A DNA stretch of 64,000 nt from Elusimicrobiota bacterium (GTDB lineage: Bacteria > Elusimicrobiota > Elusimicrobia > UBA1565), in the NCBI GenBank assembly GCA_043827405.1, contig JBDRPD010000083.1, positions 192,001-256,000 on the forward strand, written 5' to 3'. The notes beneath the pieces are model-generated. The model ran no database searches and was not told the origin of the DNA. It saw only the letters and a program-made list of their open reading frames with translations. Both the position numbers and the translations under genes were made by a program. Position 1 is the stretch's first letter; each line of letters opens with the position of its first letter. Shown here in pieces: positions 48,611-58,078 of this stretch.

Positions 48611-49990
48611 ATGCAGCGGACAATCTCGCCGATTGACGGCAAGGTCTGCGTCGAGCGCCCGCAGGCCTCGGCGCCGGAGATCGCGGCCGCCGTCGCTGCC
48701 GCCGAGGCGGCGCGCCCGGCCTGGCGCAGGGTTCCCATCGCTGAGAAGCAGGAGCAGCTCCGCGCCTTTGTCGGCGAGGTGCTCAAGCGCAAGGACGCCG
48801 TCGCCGAGGAGCTTACCCGGCAAATGGGCCGCCCGATCCGCTACTCTCCCAAAGAGCTCGACGGCTTCGCCGACCGCGCCCGCCATATGATCGACATCGC
48901 GCCGCGGGCGCTGGCCGATATCCAGCTCGAAGAGAAAGCGGGCTTTACCCGCTTTATCCGCCGCGAGCCGCTGGGTACGGTGTTCGTCATCGCGCCCTGG
49001 AATTATCCGTTTCTCTGCTCGGTCAACTCGGTGGTGCCGGCGCTGATGGCCGGCAGTCCGGTGCTGCTCAAGCTCTCATCCCAGACCCCGCTGGTCGCCG
49101 AACGCTACAGCGAAGCCGCCGCAGCGGCTGGGCTGCCCAAGGGCGTGCTGCAGCACCTGCATTTAGGCCACGAGGACGTTTCGCGCCTGATCCAGGATCC
49201 CGCCGTCGGCTATGTGGCCTTCACCGGTTCGGTGGAAGGCGGGCGCTCGGTGCACCGCGCCGCCGCCGAGCGCTTTATCGCCGCCGGGCTGGAGCTGGGC
49301 GGCAAGGACCCGGCCTATGTGCGGCCGGACGCCGATCTCGACCTCGCGGTGGAGACTTTGGTCGACGGCGCCTACTTCAACTCCGGACAGTCATGCTGCG
49401 GCATCGAGCGCATCTACGCGCACCGGGACGTCTATGACCGCTTTATCGACGGCTTCGTCGCGCTGACCAAGAAGTACGTGCTCGACGATCCCTTAAAACC
49501 CGAAGTCACGCTGGGGCCCATGGTGCGCGCCTCCGCCGCCAAGTTCGTGCGCGGGCAGGTGCGCGACGCGCTCGCCGCCGGCGCCAAGGCGCTCATCGAC
49601 GAGAAGACTTTCCCCCGCAGCGAGGAAGGAACCGCCTATCTGGCGCCGCAGGTCCTGACCGGCGTCGACCATTCGATGGCGGTTATGTCGGAAGAGACCT
49701 TTGGACCGGTGGTCGGCATTATGCCGGTCGACTCGGATGAGGAAGCGGTGCGTCTGATGAACGACAGCCGGTACGGGCTGACCGCGGCGATCTTCACGCG
49801 CGACCAGGACAAGGCGGTCGAGATCGGCGACCAGGTCGAGACCGGCACCTGGTTTATGAACCGCTGCGATTACCTGGACCCGGCTTTGGCCTGGACCGGA
49901 GTCAAGGATTCCGGGCGGGGCTGCACCCTGTCGGCGGTCGGCTACGAACACCTGACGCGCCCCAAATCCTTCCACCTGAAGCGCGCCTAA
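48611..49990 (+). CDS. Aldehyde dehydrogenase family protein
   Basis: PWNYP, FTGS, LELGGKD, NSGQSCC, EETFGP. Confidence 0.93.
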   Translation: MQRTISPIDGKVCVERPQASAPEIAAAVAAAEAARPAWRRVPIAEKQEQLRAFVGEVLKRKDAVAEELTRQMGRPIRYSPKELDGFADRARHMIDIAPRALADIQLEEKAGFTRFIRREPLGTVFVIAPWNYPFLCSVNSVVPALMAGSPVLLKLSSQTPLVAERYSEAAAAAGLPKGVLQHLHLGHEDVSRLIQDPAVGYVAFTGSVEGGRSVHRAAAERFIAAGLELGGKDPAYVRPDADLDLAVETLVDGAYFNSGQSCCGIERIYAHRDVYDRFIDGFVALTKKYVLDDPLKPEVTLGPMVRASAAKFVRGQVRDALAAGAKALIDEKTFPRSEEGTAYLAPQVLTGVDHSMAVMSEETFGPVVGIMPVDSDEEAVRLMNDSRYGLTAAIFTRDQDKAVEIGDQVETGTWFMNRCDYLDPALAWTGVKDSGRGCTLSAVGYEHLTRPKSFHLKRA

Positions 49991-50002
49991 GTCCCTCTAG
50001 TA

Positions 50003-50072
50003 AAGGTGCCAGGCAGGTTTACTAAAGCTGACGCAACCAGGCCGTTTGTTTAGTAAACCTGCCTGGCACCTT
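50003..50072. repeat. Perfect 24-bp inverted repeat with 22-nt loop (REP/MITE-like) between convergent genes
   Basis: AAGGTGCCAGGCAGGTTTACTAAA (50003-50026) and its reverse complement (50049-50072). Confidence 0.9.
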
Positions 50073-50081
50073 ATCTGAAGG

Positions 50082-51263
50082 TTATTCGTTGCTCATGTCG
50101 GCGCCCAGGTCTTCGAGCAGGTTGTTGACGTTGGCGCGCGGCTTGAAGGCTCCCTGCGAAAACTCTTCCAGCGCCTGCTGCGCCGTTTTCCGCACTCGCT
50201 GGTCTTTTTCATTTTTAAGCAGCTTCTCTATTTCCGCTTTGGCGTTGTGGTCGCCTATCGCGCCCAGCGCCTGCGCCGATACCGCGCGCACCAGCGGTTC
50301 TTTGTCGGTCAATAGGACGATCAGCGGTTCGACCGCGTCGGTGATGCCGAGGCGGCCCAGCGAGTGGGCGGCCGTGGCCCGCACCTTGGGGGCCGGGTCT
50401 TTGAGCGCCCGGAGAAGGTAGGGGATGCTGGCGCGGTTAAAATCATCGCCCAGCTTGCGGGCGGCGAGGACCCGCTCTTCGGTGTCCTTGGACTTAAGCT
50501 GGAGCAGCCATTTGCGCGTATGTTTCGGGTGCTGCCTTTTGGGCGGCGTCGGTGCGTCGTCGCGGACGCGGTGTACCGGCATCGATTTGCAGGGTTCGGC
50601 GTTCTCGGGCCGCCGGAGCGCATTGCTGAAGAAGACGTCGAAAACGGAGAACTCCCGCATGACCTCCCGTCCGATATCCGTTTCGTATGCCTTGGGCCGC
50701 GAGCCGAGCATGGAAACGCTGTGGCTCAGCGACGCGCGCCAGACGGGCTTGCCGGTGTCGCTGGCGAACATTTGGGCTTCGGCGCTGCGCGCGAATTTTC
50801 CTTCCGTCGGCCAATAGCCGGAGATGATCAGAGGGTCGCGCGACTTGAGCATCTGCGCTTCCATCTCTTTGCTGGCTTTGTGCAGGCGCTGATAGGTTCC
50901 TGTCCAGCCGGTCACCCCGTAAACCAGGATGCCCAGCCGCGCTTGAGGTTTGGGCAGGTTCTCCAGCAGCCTTGTTATGCCGCGGCCGTCAGGGTAAACA
51001 ATGCCGGAAGTGATGGTCTTGAGAGCCTGGTTGTGGCCCATTATCTCCCAGCAGCGGTAGTTCTGCCAGTTCTTTTCAAGCTCTTTAAGCAGCAGTTCCT
51101 GCTCCGTGGGGAAATCCGTGGGCGCGGCGATGATCATAATATGCGTTATCTTGGAGAAGGCGTTGTTGTCGAGTATTTTGCCCGGGATTTCCTCGATGTT
51201 CTTGCGGGCCGAAGCGGGGGCGGGGAGGGACAGCAGTAAAATTATTAGCCATGAGGACAGCAT
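50082..51263 (-). CDS. Secreted protein with C-terminal HEAT repeats
   Basis: Signal peptide MLSSWLII...ASA; VRATAAHSLG and VRAVSAQALG repeats. Confidence 0.8.
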   Translation of the reverse strand: MLSSWLIILLLSLPAPASARKNIEEIPGKILDNNAFSKITHIMIIAAPTDFPTEQELLLKELEKNWQNYRCWEIMGHNQALKTITSGIVYPDGRGITRLLENLPKPQARLGILVYGVTGWTGTYQRLHKASKEMEAQMLKSRDPLIISGYWPTEGKFARSAEAQMFASDTGKPVWRASLSHSVSMLGSRPKAYETDIGREVMREFSVFDVFFSNALRRPENAEPCKSMPVHRVRDDAPTPPKRQHPKHTRKWLLQLKSKDTEERVLAARKLGDDFNRASIPYLLRALKDPAPKVRATAAHSLGRLGITDAVEPLIVLLTDKEPLVRAVSAQALGAIGDHNAKAEIEKLLKNEKDQRVRKTAQQALEEFSQGAFKPRANVNNLLEDLGADMSNE

Positions 51264-51339
51264 AGGGGACAGTCTAGATAATTTGCGCGGCTGATAATTA
51301 GCTAGCCTATACCCGCGGCGCAGAACCGAGGTGATGACT

Positions 51340-52122
51340 ATGAGCTGTGAGACGATCCGCGTGGAACAGGACGGCAGGACGGCTGTGGTCTGGCTCAACC
51401 GGCCCAAGGTCCACAACGCTTTTAACGATGTCATGATCCGCGAGCTGCGGGAGGCCTTTATCGGCTTCGCCGCCGACGCGAGCGTCCGTTCGGTTTTGCT
51501 TACCGGCGAGGGCAAGTCCTTTTGCGCGGGGGTGGACCTCAAGTGGCTCGGCGGCGGCCGGGAAGCTCCGTTCGAGAAGCATTTCGCAGAAACCTTGGAC
51601 CTCTCGCGTATGTTTCGGGCCATCTATGATCTCGACAAGCCGGTTATCGCGGCCGTCAACGGTACGGCTCTGGGCGGCGGGGTGGGATTTCTCGGGGTTG
51701 CGGACATCGTTTACGCCGCCGAGGACGCCATGCTCGGCCTCAGCGAGGTGAAGATCGGCGTGGTCCCCGCCTGCATCTCGCCCTACCTCTTTATTAAAAG
51801 CTCACAGCGCTCGCGGCTCAAGGAGCATTTTATCAGCGGCCGGCGCTTCTCCGCCGCTGAAGGGGAGCGGGCCGGCCTAATCGACTACGTGGTCGCGCGG
51901 GACCGCCTGTTGGAATCGGCGCTGGAGAAGGCGGCGGCCTTGCGCAACGCCGCGCCCTTGGCGCAGGGAATGTGCAAGCAGCTGTTTCGTGATGTCCCCG
52001 GCATGAGCCTCGATGAAGCCATGCGCCATACCGCCGAGGTGCTCGCCAGGCTGCGGACCGGGGATGAGGCGCGCCAAGGGATCGATGCCTTCTTCGCCAA
52101 GCGGGAGATCGACTGGCGTTAA
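51340..52122 (+). CDS. Enoyl-CoA hydratase family (methylglutaconyl-CoA hydratase-like)
   Basis: NRPKVHNAF, FCAGVDL, ALGGG, SEVKIG..PACISPY. Confidence 0.9.
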   Translation: MSCETIRVEQDGRTAVVWLNRPKVHNAFNDVMIRELREAFIGFAADASVRSVLLTGEGKSFCAGVDLKWLGGGREAPFEKHFAETLDLSRMFRAIYDLDKPVIAAVNGTALGGGVGFLGVADIVYAAEDAMLGLSEVKIGVVPACISPYLFIKSSQRSRLKEHFISGRRFSAAEGERAGLIDYVVARDRLLESALEKAAALRNAAPLAQGMCKQLFRDVPGMSLDEAMRHTAEVLARLRTGDEARQGIDAFFAKREIDWR

Positions 52123-52127
52123 CTGGG

Positions 52128-54308
52128 ATGCGCACGAGAGAAGAGTTCGGGCCCAAACTGCTGCTGGCGCATGCCGCCATCTGCTGTCTGCTGGGGCTGG
52201 CGGCGATCGCGGCGGTCAATGTGAATCCGCCGCGGGTCCCGGCGCGCCATGAGGCGCCGGAGCATCCGCTGGCCAAGCGCCTGGTGATCGTGCACCTCGA
52301 CGCCCTGCGGCCGGACTTTGCCGGCGACCCCGCACTCATGCCCGTATTCAACCGGCTGGCCCGTGAAGGGGTGACGGGCATCACGCTGGCGCCGGCGGGG
52401 ACCACAACCGGGCCCTCGATGCAAAGCATCATGACCGGCGAGCCGATGGCGCCGCCGGAGCTGATCTGGAACTTCTATGCGCCGGTGCGCTCGCCGTCGC
52501 ACCTGCTGCCGATAGCGCACCAAGCGGGACGAAAAATCCATGCGGTAGGACCGCTGGTTAGCGCCAGCTTCCGATCGTATAGCTCCGGCGACGATGGCAC
52601 TTGGCCGCACCGCATCTATCCGGGCAGCATGGACAGCGACCGCAAGACGCTGGCGACGGATCTTGAAATACTGAGAAAAGGGGAGTACTCGCTGCTCGTC
52701 ACTCTGCTCGACTCCGCCGATCACAGCGGGCATATCTACTCCCCCGCTTCCGAGCAGTACGCGGCGGATGTCCGCTACTACGATCAGGCGCTGGGCGAGA
52801 TCGCCAAGCTCATCGATCCCAAGGACACGGCGCTGTTTGTCTACGGCGATCACGGGATGGACGATGGCGGTCAGCACACGACTCGTCTGCCGGAGGTGGC
52901 CGAGCCGCGCTACCTGCTATGGGGTAAAGGTATTCGTAAAGGCGTCCGCCACGACCTGCGGCAGAAAGATCTGGCCGTCACCTTCGCCGAGATGCTCGGC
53001 CTGTCCGCGCCCTACGCCTCGCGCGGGCGGCTGGCGGTCGAGGCCTTCGACGTCAAGCCGGCGGACCGCGCCGACATGATGATCCGCAGCATGCGCCAGC
53101 GCACCTGGGTGCTGGCGGGCGACGCCGCCGGGCGGGGCTTGGTTAATACTCTTTCCACCGGGGAGTGGCATCGCCTGCACGGCGACGAGGAGAAAGTGCG
53201 CACGATCTTCCGGGACTTCGACGCCCAGTTCGCCGCCGCCGAAGACAAGATTTTTCTATCCCGCGCGCTCTTTCGCCGGGGCGCGATCGCGCTGCTGACG
53301 GTCTGCGCGCTCGGCATACTGGCGCTCGCTCTGCGCGGTCGGCGCGGCCTGCTGCCGCTGCTGGGCGCGGCTGCGGTTCTGCCCTGGCTGGCCCCGCTGC
53401 ATCAAGCCTGCGATGGGGCGGCCTCCTTGGCCCGCGGCATCGCATGGCATCCGATCGCTGCGGCGGGGGGGGGCGCTGTTTTGTTTATTCCTTTGCTTTA
53501 TTATTGGCTGCAGCCGGCGGCGGACCGGCCGGTGAGGAACCCGTATGCCTGGTTGGGCGTCGGCATCGTGTCGCTGACCTTGGTCAGTCGTATCTGTGTC
53601 GGGGTCGTTCCATGGCAGGCGTTCTTTCTCGGCTCCACGGTGTTTACTATTGCCGGTTTGGCCGCCGCGCTCCGAATCCGTTCACCCGGGCTGCATGACA
53701 AGACCGCTTTGATCGCAAGCGTTCTGGTTTCCAACCTGGTCTATTTTAATTTCCGGGCTGAGATATTCACCGGCCTGTTCTTCTGTCTGCTTGTTCTGCT
53801 GCTGCGCGGCACGCTTCGCCGGTCCGGCGAGCCGCGCATGGGGGCTGTCGTCGCGGTCTATCTGGGAATGCGCCTTATGATCTATCTTGGACTAGGCAAC
53901 GACTTTTCCGGCCGGCTGCATGATCTGACCAGCTGTTTTCTGCTTTACGGCGATGGAGCCTACGACGTTCACAGCATGTTCCTTTCTGTATCCTCGCGGC
54001 TTTCTTTCCCGGATATTCTGCTGGTGACCATGCTGGCCTCCGTCATGCTGGAGCGAGCGTCCGCCAAAGAGCGTTTCGGGGACCTCGTCTGGCGTATTAT
54101 GGCGTTCTTTGCGACCGCAACCGCGGCGGCGTTGCTGCGCCTAGAGTTCAGCCGTACCCAGCTCGACATGCCGTGGAGCGACAGCTATTTCGCCGCGACC
54201 ATGCTCGGCTTCACCTGTCTGTTCTTCTGGTCGGAGCTGACGGCCTACTTGGCCTTTCGGCCCTTCCGCGTCACGGCCTCCACGTCTTCCGGCCCGCGGA
54301 TAAAGTAG
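52128..54308 (+). CDS. Alkaline-phosphatase-superfamily domain plus multi-TM protein (GPI ethanolamine-phosphate transferase-like)
   Basis: LDALRPD, TTTGP, DHSGH, GDHGM, QKDLAVT; one N-terminal TM and about 10 C-terminal TMs. Confidence 0.75.
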   Translation: MRTREEFGPKLLLAHAAICCLLGLAAIAAVNVNPPRVPARHEAPEHPLAKRLVIVHLDALRPDFAGDPALMPVFNRLAREGVTGITLAPAGTTTGPSMQSIMTGEPMAPPELIWNFYAPVRSPSHLLPIAHQAGRKIHAVGPLVSASFRSYSSGDDGTWPHRIYPGSMDSDRKTLATDLEILRKGEYSLLVTLLDSADHSGHIYSPASEQYAADVRYYDQALGEIAKLIDPKDTALFVYGDHGMDDGGQHTTRLPEVAEPRYLLWGKGIRKGVRHDLRQKDLAVTFAEMLGLSAPYASRGRLAVEAFDVKPADRADMMIRSMRQRTWVLAGDAAGRGLVNTLSTGEWHRLHGDEEKVRTIFRDFDAQFAAAEDKIFLSRALFRRGAIALLTVCALGILALALRGRRGLLPLLGAAAVLPWLAPLHQACDGAASLARGIAWHPIAAAGGGAVLFIPLLYYWLQPAADRPVRNPYAWLGVGIVSLTLVSRICVGVVPWQAFFLGSTVFTIAGLAAALRIRSPGLHDKTALIASVLVSNLVYFNFRAEIFTGLFFCLLVLLLRGTLRRSGEPRMGAVVAVYLGMRLMIYLGLGNDFSGRLHDLTSCFLLYGDGAYDVHSMFLSVSSRLSFPDILLVTMLASVMLERASAKERFGDLVWRIMAFFATATAAALLRLEFSRTQLDMPWSDSYFAATMLGFTCLFFWSELTAYLAFRPFRVTASTSSGPRIK

Positions 54309-55438
54309 CGGTAGGGGCCCCAGTCCACCCGGCGCCGGCCCAGCGAGGCGACGAAATTTACCAGGAAAAGCAGCTGTAATAACGGCGCGACTGCCGCCGC
54401 GGCCAGCGGCAGCGGCCGGAGGCCGGGATGCAGGTCGGTGAAGCGGTCCGGCAGGCGGTCCTCCAGCAGAGCGAAGATGACCAGCAGCGCGGCGGCGTCC
54501 ATGGCGAAAAGCAGGAGCAGCAGCGGGACCGCCCGGTGAACCAAGCCCCAAACCAGGACGTAGGCCTTGAAGCCGGTTACGATCCAGCCCAGTATCCAGG
54601 AGGCCGCGCCGTAGACGCGGCAGCTTAGGATCCACTTGTTGAACACCTGCACGGTCTCGCGCCAGGAGCTGTCGTCGGGGGCGATGGGGATCGCGTCGGC
54701 CACGAAGCGCACGCTCTTGCTCCAGCCCCGCACGTGCCGGGCCAAGGCGAGGTCTTCCAGGAAGCAGCGCGACCACAGGCCGGCGACGTCCAAGGCGTCG
54801 AAGTCTTCTTTGCGCATTGCCAGAGTCTGTCCGGTGACCCCGCTGACCAGTTCAAAAAACGGCATGCAGAAGCCCATGAAGGTCATGCGCAGCAGCGGCG
54901 GCAGGCGCAGGCTGGTCGGCACGTAGAGCATCAGCGCCGTGGCCACGCCGACCCGCGGATCGGCCAGGGCGCCGACCAGCGCCCCCAGCCAGCCTCGCCG
55001 GACCCGGACATCGGCATCGGCGAAGACCAGCACCTCGACACCCGCGGGCAGGCGCTCAAGCGCGTGGAGGACGTCGATATTCTTGCCGGTGGTGCGCCGC
55101 GGGATCGCGCCGGAGGCCAGCAGGGTCGTACGACGCGGCGACCGCGCCAACAGCCCCAGCAGCTCGTCGTAGGCGGGATCGCTTTCCCGGGGCGTCACGA
55201 AGAGATAGTCCGTCTCGCCGCGGTAATCCTGGTTCAAGATTGAGCCGATATTTTCAGCGAAACCGGGCGCCAGCCCGGCGCAGGGGATGATTACCGCCGC
55301 GTGCGGGCGGTAGTCCGGTGGCGGCGGGATCTCGCCTCGCCGGCGGATGCGGAGCCAGAACCTGAAAATAAAAAACAGCTGCAGGCCGGCCATGATCAGG
55401 CAGCCGAGCGTCAGGTCGAATTGATTGGGCAGCGGCAT
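54245..55438 (-). CDS. GT2/GT21 ceramide-glucosyltransferase-like membrane glycosyltransferase
   Basis: N-terminal TM, IIPC.G, GK, ADAD, EDL; C-terminal TMs and RRVDWG..Y. Confidence 0.8.
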   Translation of the reverse strand: MPLPNQFDLTLGCLIMAGLQLFFIFRFWLRIRRRGEIPPPPDYRPHAAVIIPCAGLAPGFAENIGSILNQDYRGETDYLFVTPRESDPAYDELLGLLARSPRRTTLLASGAIPRRTTGKNIDVLHALERLPAGVEVLVFADADVRVRRGWLGALVGALADPRVGVATALMLYVPTSLRLPPLLRMTFMGFCMPFFELVSGVTGQTLAMRKEDFDALDVAGLWSRCFLEDLALARHVRGWSKSVRFVADAIPIAPDDSSWRETVQVFNKWILSCRVYGAASWILGWIVTGFKAYVLVWGLVHRAVPLLLLLFAMDAAALLVIFALLEDRLPDRFTDLHPGLRPLPLAAAAVAPLLQLLFLVNFVASLGRRRVDWGPYRYFIRGPEDVEAVTRKGRKAK

Positions 55439-55493
55439 CGGTTGTTTAGGGAAGTCCCTTGAAAAATATAGCAATACCTGTAAACTATTTCCG

Positions 55494-57554
55494 ATGCCCC
55501 TCTATCGCGCCTTGCTGCTTCTATGCCTGGTGCCGGCGCTTGTTTTCGGCGCCGAGCCCCCGGCTGAGCAGCTCAAGAAGAGCGCCGATCTTTTCGCGCC
55601 GGCCACTACCGAAAGCTTCCAGGATTTTTCCGCCTATCGCGACAGTTTCCGCCTGCTCGGCTATGCGGTCGACCCGGAATCGAAGCGCCTGCTGACGCCT
55701 GACGGCAAGGAGCTTACGGTCGGCAAGCTGCAGTCCTTCTTTCAGCCGTTTAGCATTAGCGAGGAAGGCTTCGACTCTTTGCAGCGTAATCAACTCTACG
55801 GTGCCGGCTACCGTATAGACGATGCCGCCGGGGTGGTGCTGTCCCCGCAGACCAAGAAACCTGTCACGCGCTTTGAGATGATGCTGCTGCGCCGGCAGAT
55901 CCAGCTGGCGGTTAAGCACGCCGCTCTGGAGCGGCTGAATCATCTGCTGGCGGGTCAGGATCCGGACAAGCCATTGTCCAAGGACGCTATGTCGCAGGTC
56001 CGGCAATTGATCGCCGGCCGCGAAAAGGATTTGCCCAAGGCGTTGCTCGATGCGCTGCAGGGCGCGCGAACGCTCAAAGCCGCCGCCGTGCAGCAGGCGG
56101 CGGAGAGCGCCTATACCGATTCCACCCGCTTCTTCGACGGCTTCACCAGCTTGACCAAGCAGGCCGGTGCGGCGCTGCCGGTTATGGGCGAATGGAATGC
56201 GCCGCAGAAGGTGCCGGGCTACTTCGATTCGGAGGAAGCCAAGCTCGGGCGCGCTTTCGGCAAGGATTTCAGCAAACTGCTCGACGGTAATTCTTTCGGC
56301 CGGGAGCTCTATCGCGGGCTGCGGGGCAATGAGGGCAAAACCAGGTTCCCCGGTTTTATAATCATCAATTCCAATGCCGGGGATGATTCGGGCTATGGCG
56401 GCGCCTATGCCACCTATAATCCGAGCAACGACAAAATCCAGTTTGAGCTGATGGTCCTGCGCAGCAAGCTGCTGCAGCTGACTCCGGAGAAGGATCATGC
56501 GAAGCTCGCCAAGCAGCTCGCGGGACCGCGCCGGATGATGCGCTATCTCAACAACAACCCCCAGGTGCGCCGGGACCTCGCCGACGCGCTGATTGTTCCC
56601 ACGGTGCATGAGCTGACCCATGCCCTGCAGCAGCGCCGTGACGCGCTGAGCGTGGAGATAAACCGCGGCAATGCCGCGGGCGCCATTCCCATTGAATGGG
56701 AGCATGAGGCGAACCTTTCCGAGGTGCGGTTCATGCACGCCGAGCTGCTGCGCAACCCCGGTGCCGCGGTCCGGCGCGAGGAGTTTTACGAGTACCTATC
56801 CACTCTCACCGATTTTGACGCCTATCGCGACGGCATCACGCGTACCTATCTGACCCAGTTCCCGCAGTTCGCCGCGACCTTGCCGACTATGAAGAAGCTG
56901 CAGCAGCAGCGCCTGAGCGTCGCCGAACGGCTGATGGGGGAGGGGGCGTATCAGTATGTGGCGCAGACCCTCAAGCGCTGGGGGCTGGGGCGCGGGAGCG
57001 CCGCGGTGGAAGAGCAGAAGACGGCGCATGCCCGGCGCATGGAGAAATTCACCGACGAGGAGTACCCGCGGATGCGCCAGGACGGCTACGGCTCGCTGGC
57101 GGAGCATTACCGCAAGCAGGGGCGTCCCGACAAGGAAATGAAGATCCTGCACGGCTGGAGCGCGGCGCTGGGCGCCGGGGCGCCCCCGGATACGCCGCAG
57201 CGCATAGCCAGCGCCGCCAAGAGCACCGTGGGCTGGCTGACCTCCCGGCGGACCCAGGATGAGGTTTCCGGCGCGGACCGCGCCTGGGCCGTACAGAACC
57301 TCAATGCGCATTATGGGGGAAGTATCCCGTGGCCCGAGGGCGTCGACCAGAATGCCGTTTACAGCGATATCTATGGGGACGCCGCCGAGGAGTTTCTCGC
57401 CAAGGCGCGCACCGCGGTCAATGAGCTGTGGCGCCGGCACTATTTAGAGTCCGTTGAAGCGTATCTTAAAGGCGTCGGCGACATGCCGCGCGCCATGCAG
57501 ATCAAAAAAGAGATCGCGGCCCTGCGCGGGGTCAAGGCGGGGGCCGCCAAGTGA
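55494..57554 (+). CDS. Large secreted protein with HEXXH metallopeptidase motif
   Basis: Signal peptide; VHELTHALQ...EWEHEA. Confidence 0.72.
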   Translation: MPLYRALLLLCLVPALVFGAEPPAEQLKKSADLFAPATTESFQDFSAYRDSFRLLGYAVDPESKRLLTPDGKELTVGKLQSFFQPFSISEEGFDSLQRNQLYGAGYRIDDAAGVVLSPQTKKPVTRFEMMLLRRQIQLAVKHAALERLNHLLAGQDPDKPLSKDAMSQVRQLIAGREKDLPKALLDALQGARTLKAAAVQQAAESAYTDSTRFFDGFTSLTKQAGAALPVMGEWNAPQKVPGYFDSEEAKLGRAFGKDFSKLLDGNSFGRELYRGLRGNEGKTRFPGFIIINSNAGDDSGYGGAYATYNPSNDKIQFELMVLRSKLLQLTPEKDHAKLAKQLAGPRRMMRYLNNNPQVRRDLADALIVPTVHELTHALQQRRDALSVEINRGNAAGAIPIEWEHEANLSEVRFMHAELLRNPGAAVRREEFYEYLSTLTDFDAYRDGITRTYLTQFPQFAATLPTMKKLQQQRLSVAERLMGEGAYQYVAQTLKRWGLGRGSAAVEEQKTAHARRMEKFTDEEYPRMRQDGYGSLAEHYRKQGRPDKEMKILHGWSAALGAGAPPDTPQRIASAAKSTVGWLTSRRTQDEVSGADRAWAVQNLNAHYGGSIPWPEGVDQNAVYSDIYGDAAEEFLAKARTAVNELWRRHYLESVEAYLKGVGDMPRAMQIKKEIAALRGVKAGAAK

Positions 57555-58075
57555 GGCGCGTTATTCCGCTGCTGCTCGTCTTGGCATTCTGCGCCTGCGC
57601 CAAAGGCGGCGACGATGCGGCGTTATACCGCGATCCCGCGGGGGGATTCGCCTTGCGCGGACCGGATTCCTGGCGCGTGCTGGAAAACCAGGGCGGCGCC
57701 CAGCGCGTTTCATTTTTTGGCCCGGCCGGCGGGCAGCAGCCTTTCGCGGCCATGATTTCGGTTTACTATTACGCTAAAGAGGGGAAGGGCTATGCCCGCC
57801 CGCAGAATTTCGCCGCCGCCAAACAGGTCCTGGCTTTGGAGTCGACGCCGCTGCGCAAGATCAAGGTCAACGGCGCCGAGGCGCTGGAGTTCACCGTCAA
57901 GCGTCTTGGTGCGGCCGGTCATGGGCGCCTGCCCATCCCTCTGGACGAGCGTTCGGCGCTGGTCCCGACGGACCAAGGCTTTTTCGCTATCGTTTACTCC
58001 GCTCCCAGCGTGGTATCCGCCGAGAGCCTGCCGGCATTCGAGCAGGTCCTGCGCAGCTTCGAAGTCCTCGAGTAG
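57551..58075 (+). CDS. Lipoprotein, PsbP/DcrB-like fold
   Basis: Lipobox-like CAC; YRDP..GF...P..W and FEQVLRSF termini. Confidence 0.7.
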   Translation: MRRVIPLLLVLAFCACAKGGDDAALYRDPAGGFALRGPDSWRVLENQGGAQRVSFFGPAGGQQPFAAMISVYYYAKEGKGYARPQNFAAAKQVLALESTPLRKIKVNGAEALEFTVKRLGAAGHGRLPIPLDERSALVPTDQGFFAIVYSAPSVVSAESLPAFEQVLRSFEVLE

Positions 58076-58078
58076 GCG

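Noticed and set aside
51264..51623. N-terminal extension of the HEAT-repeat ORF
   Set aside because: Overlaps the divergent enoyl-CoA hydratase gene; the signal peptide starts at 51263
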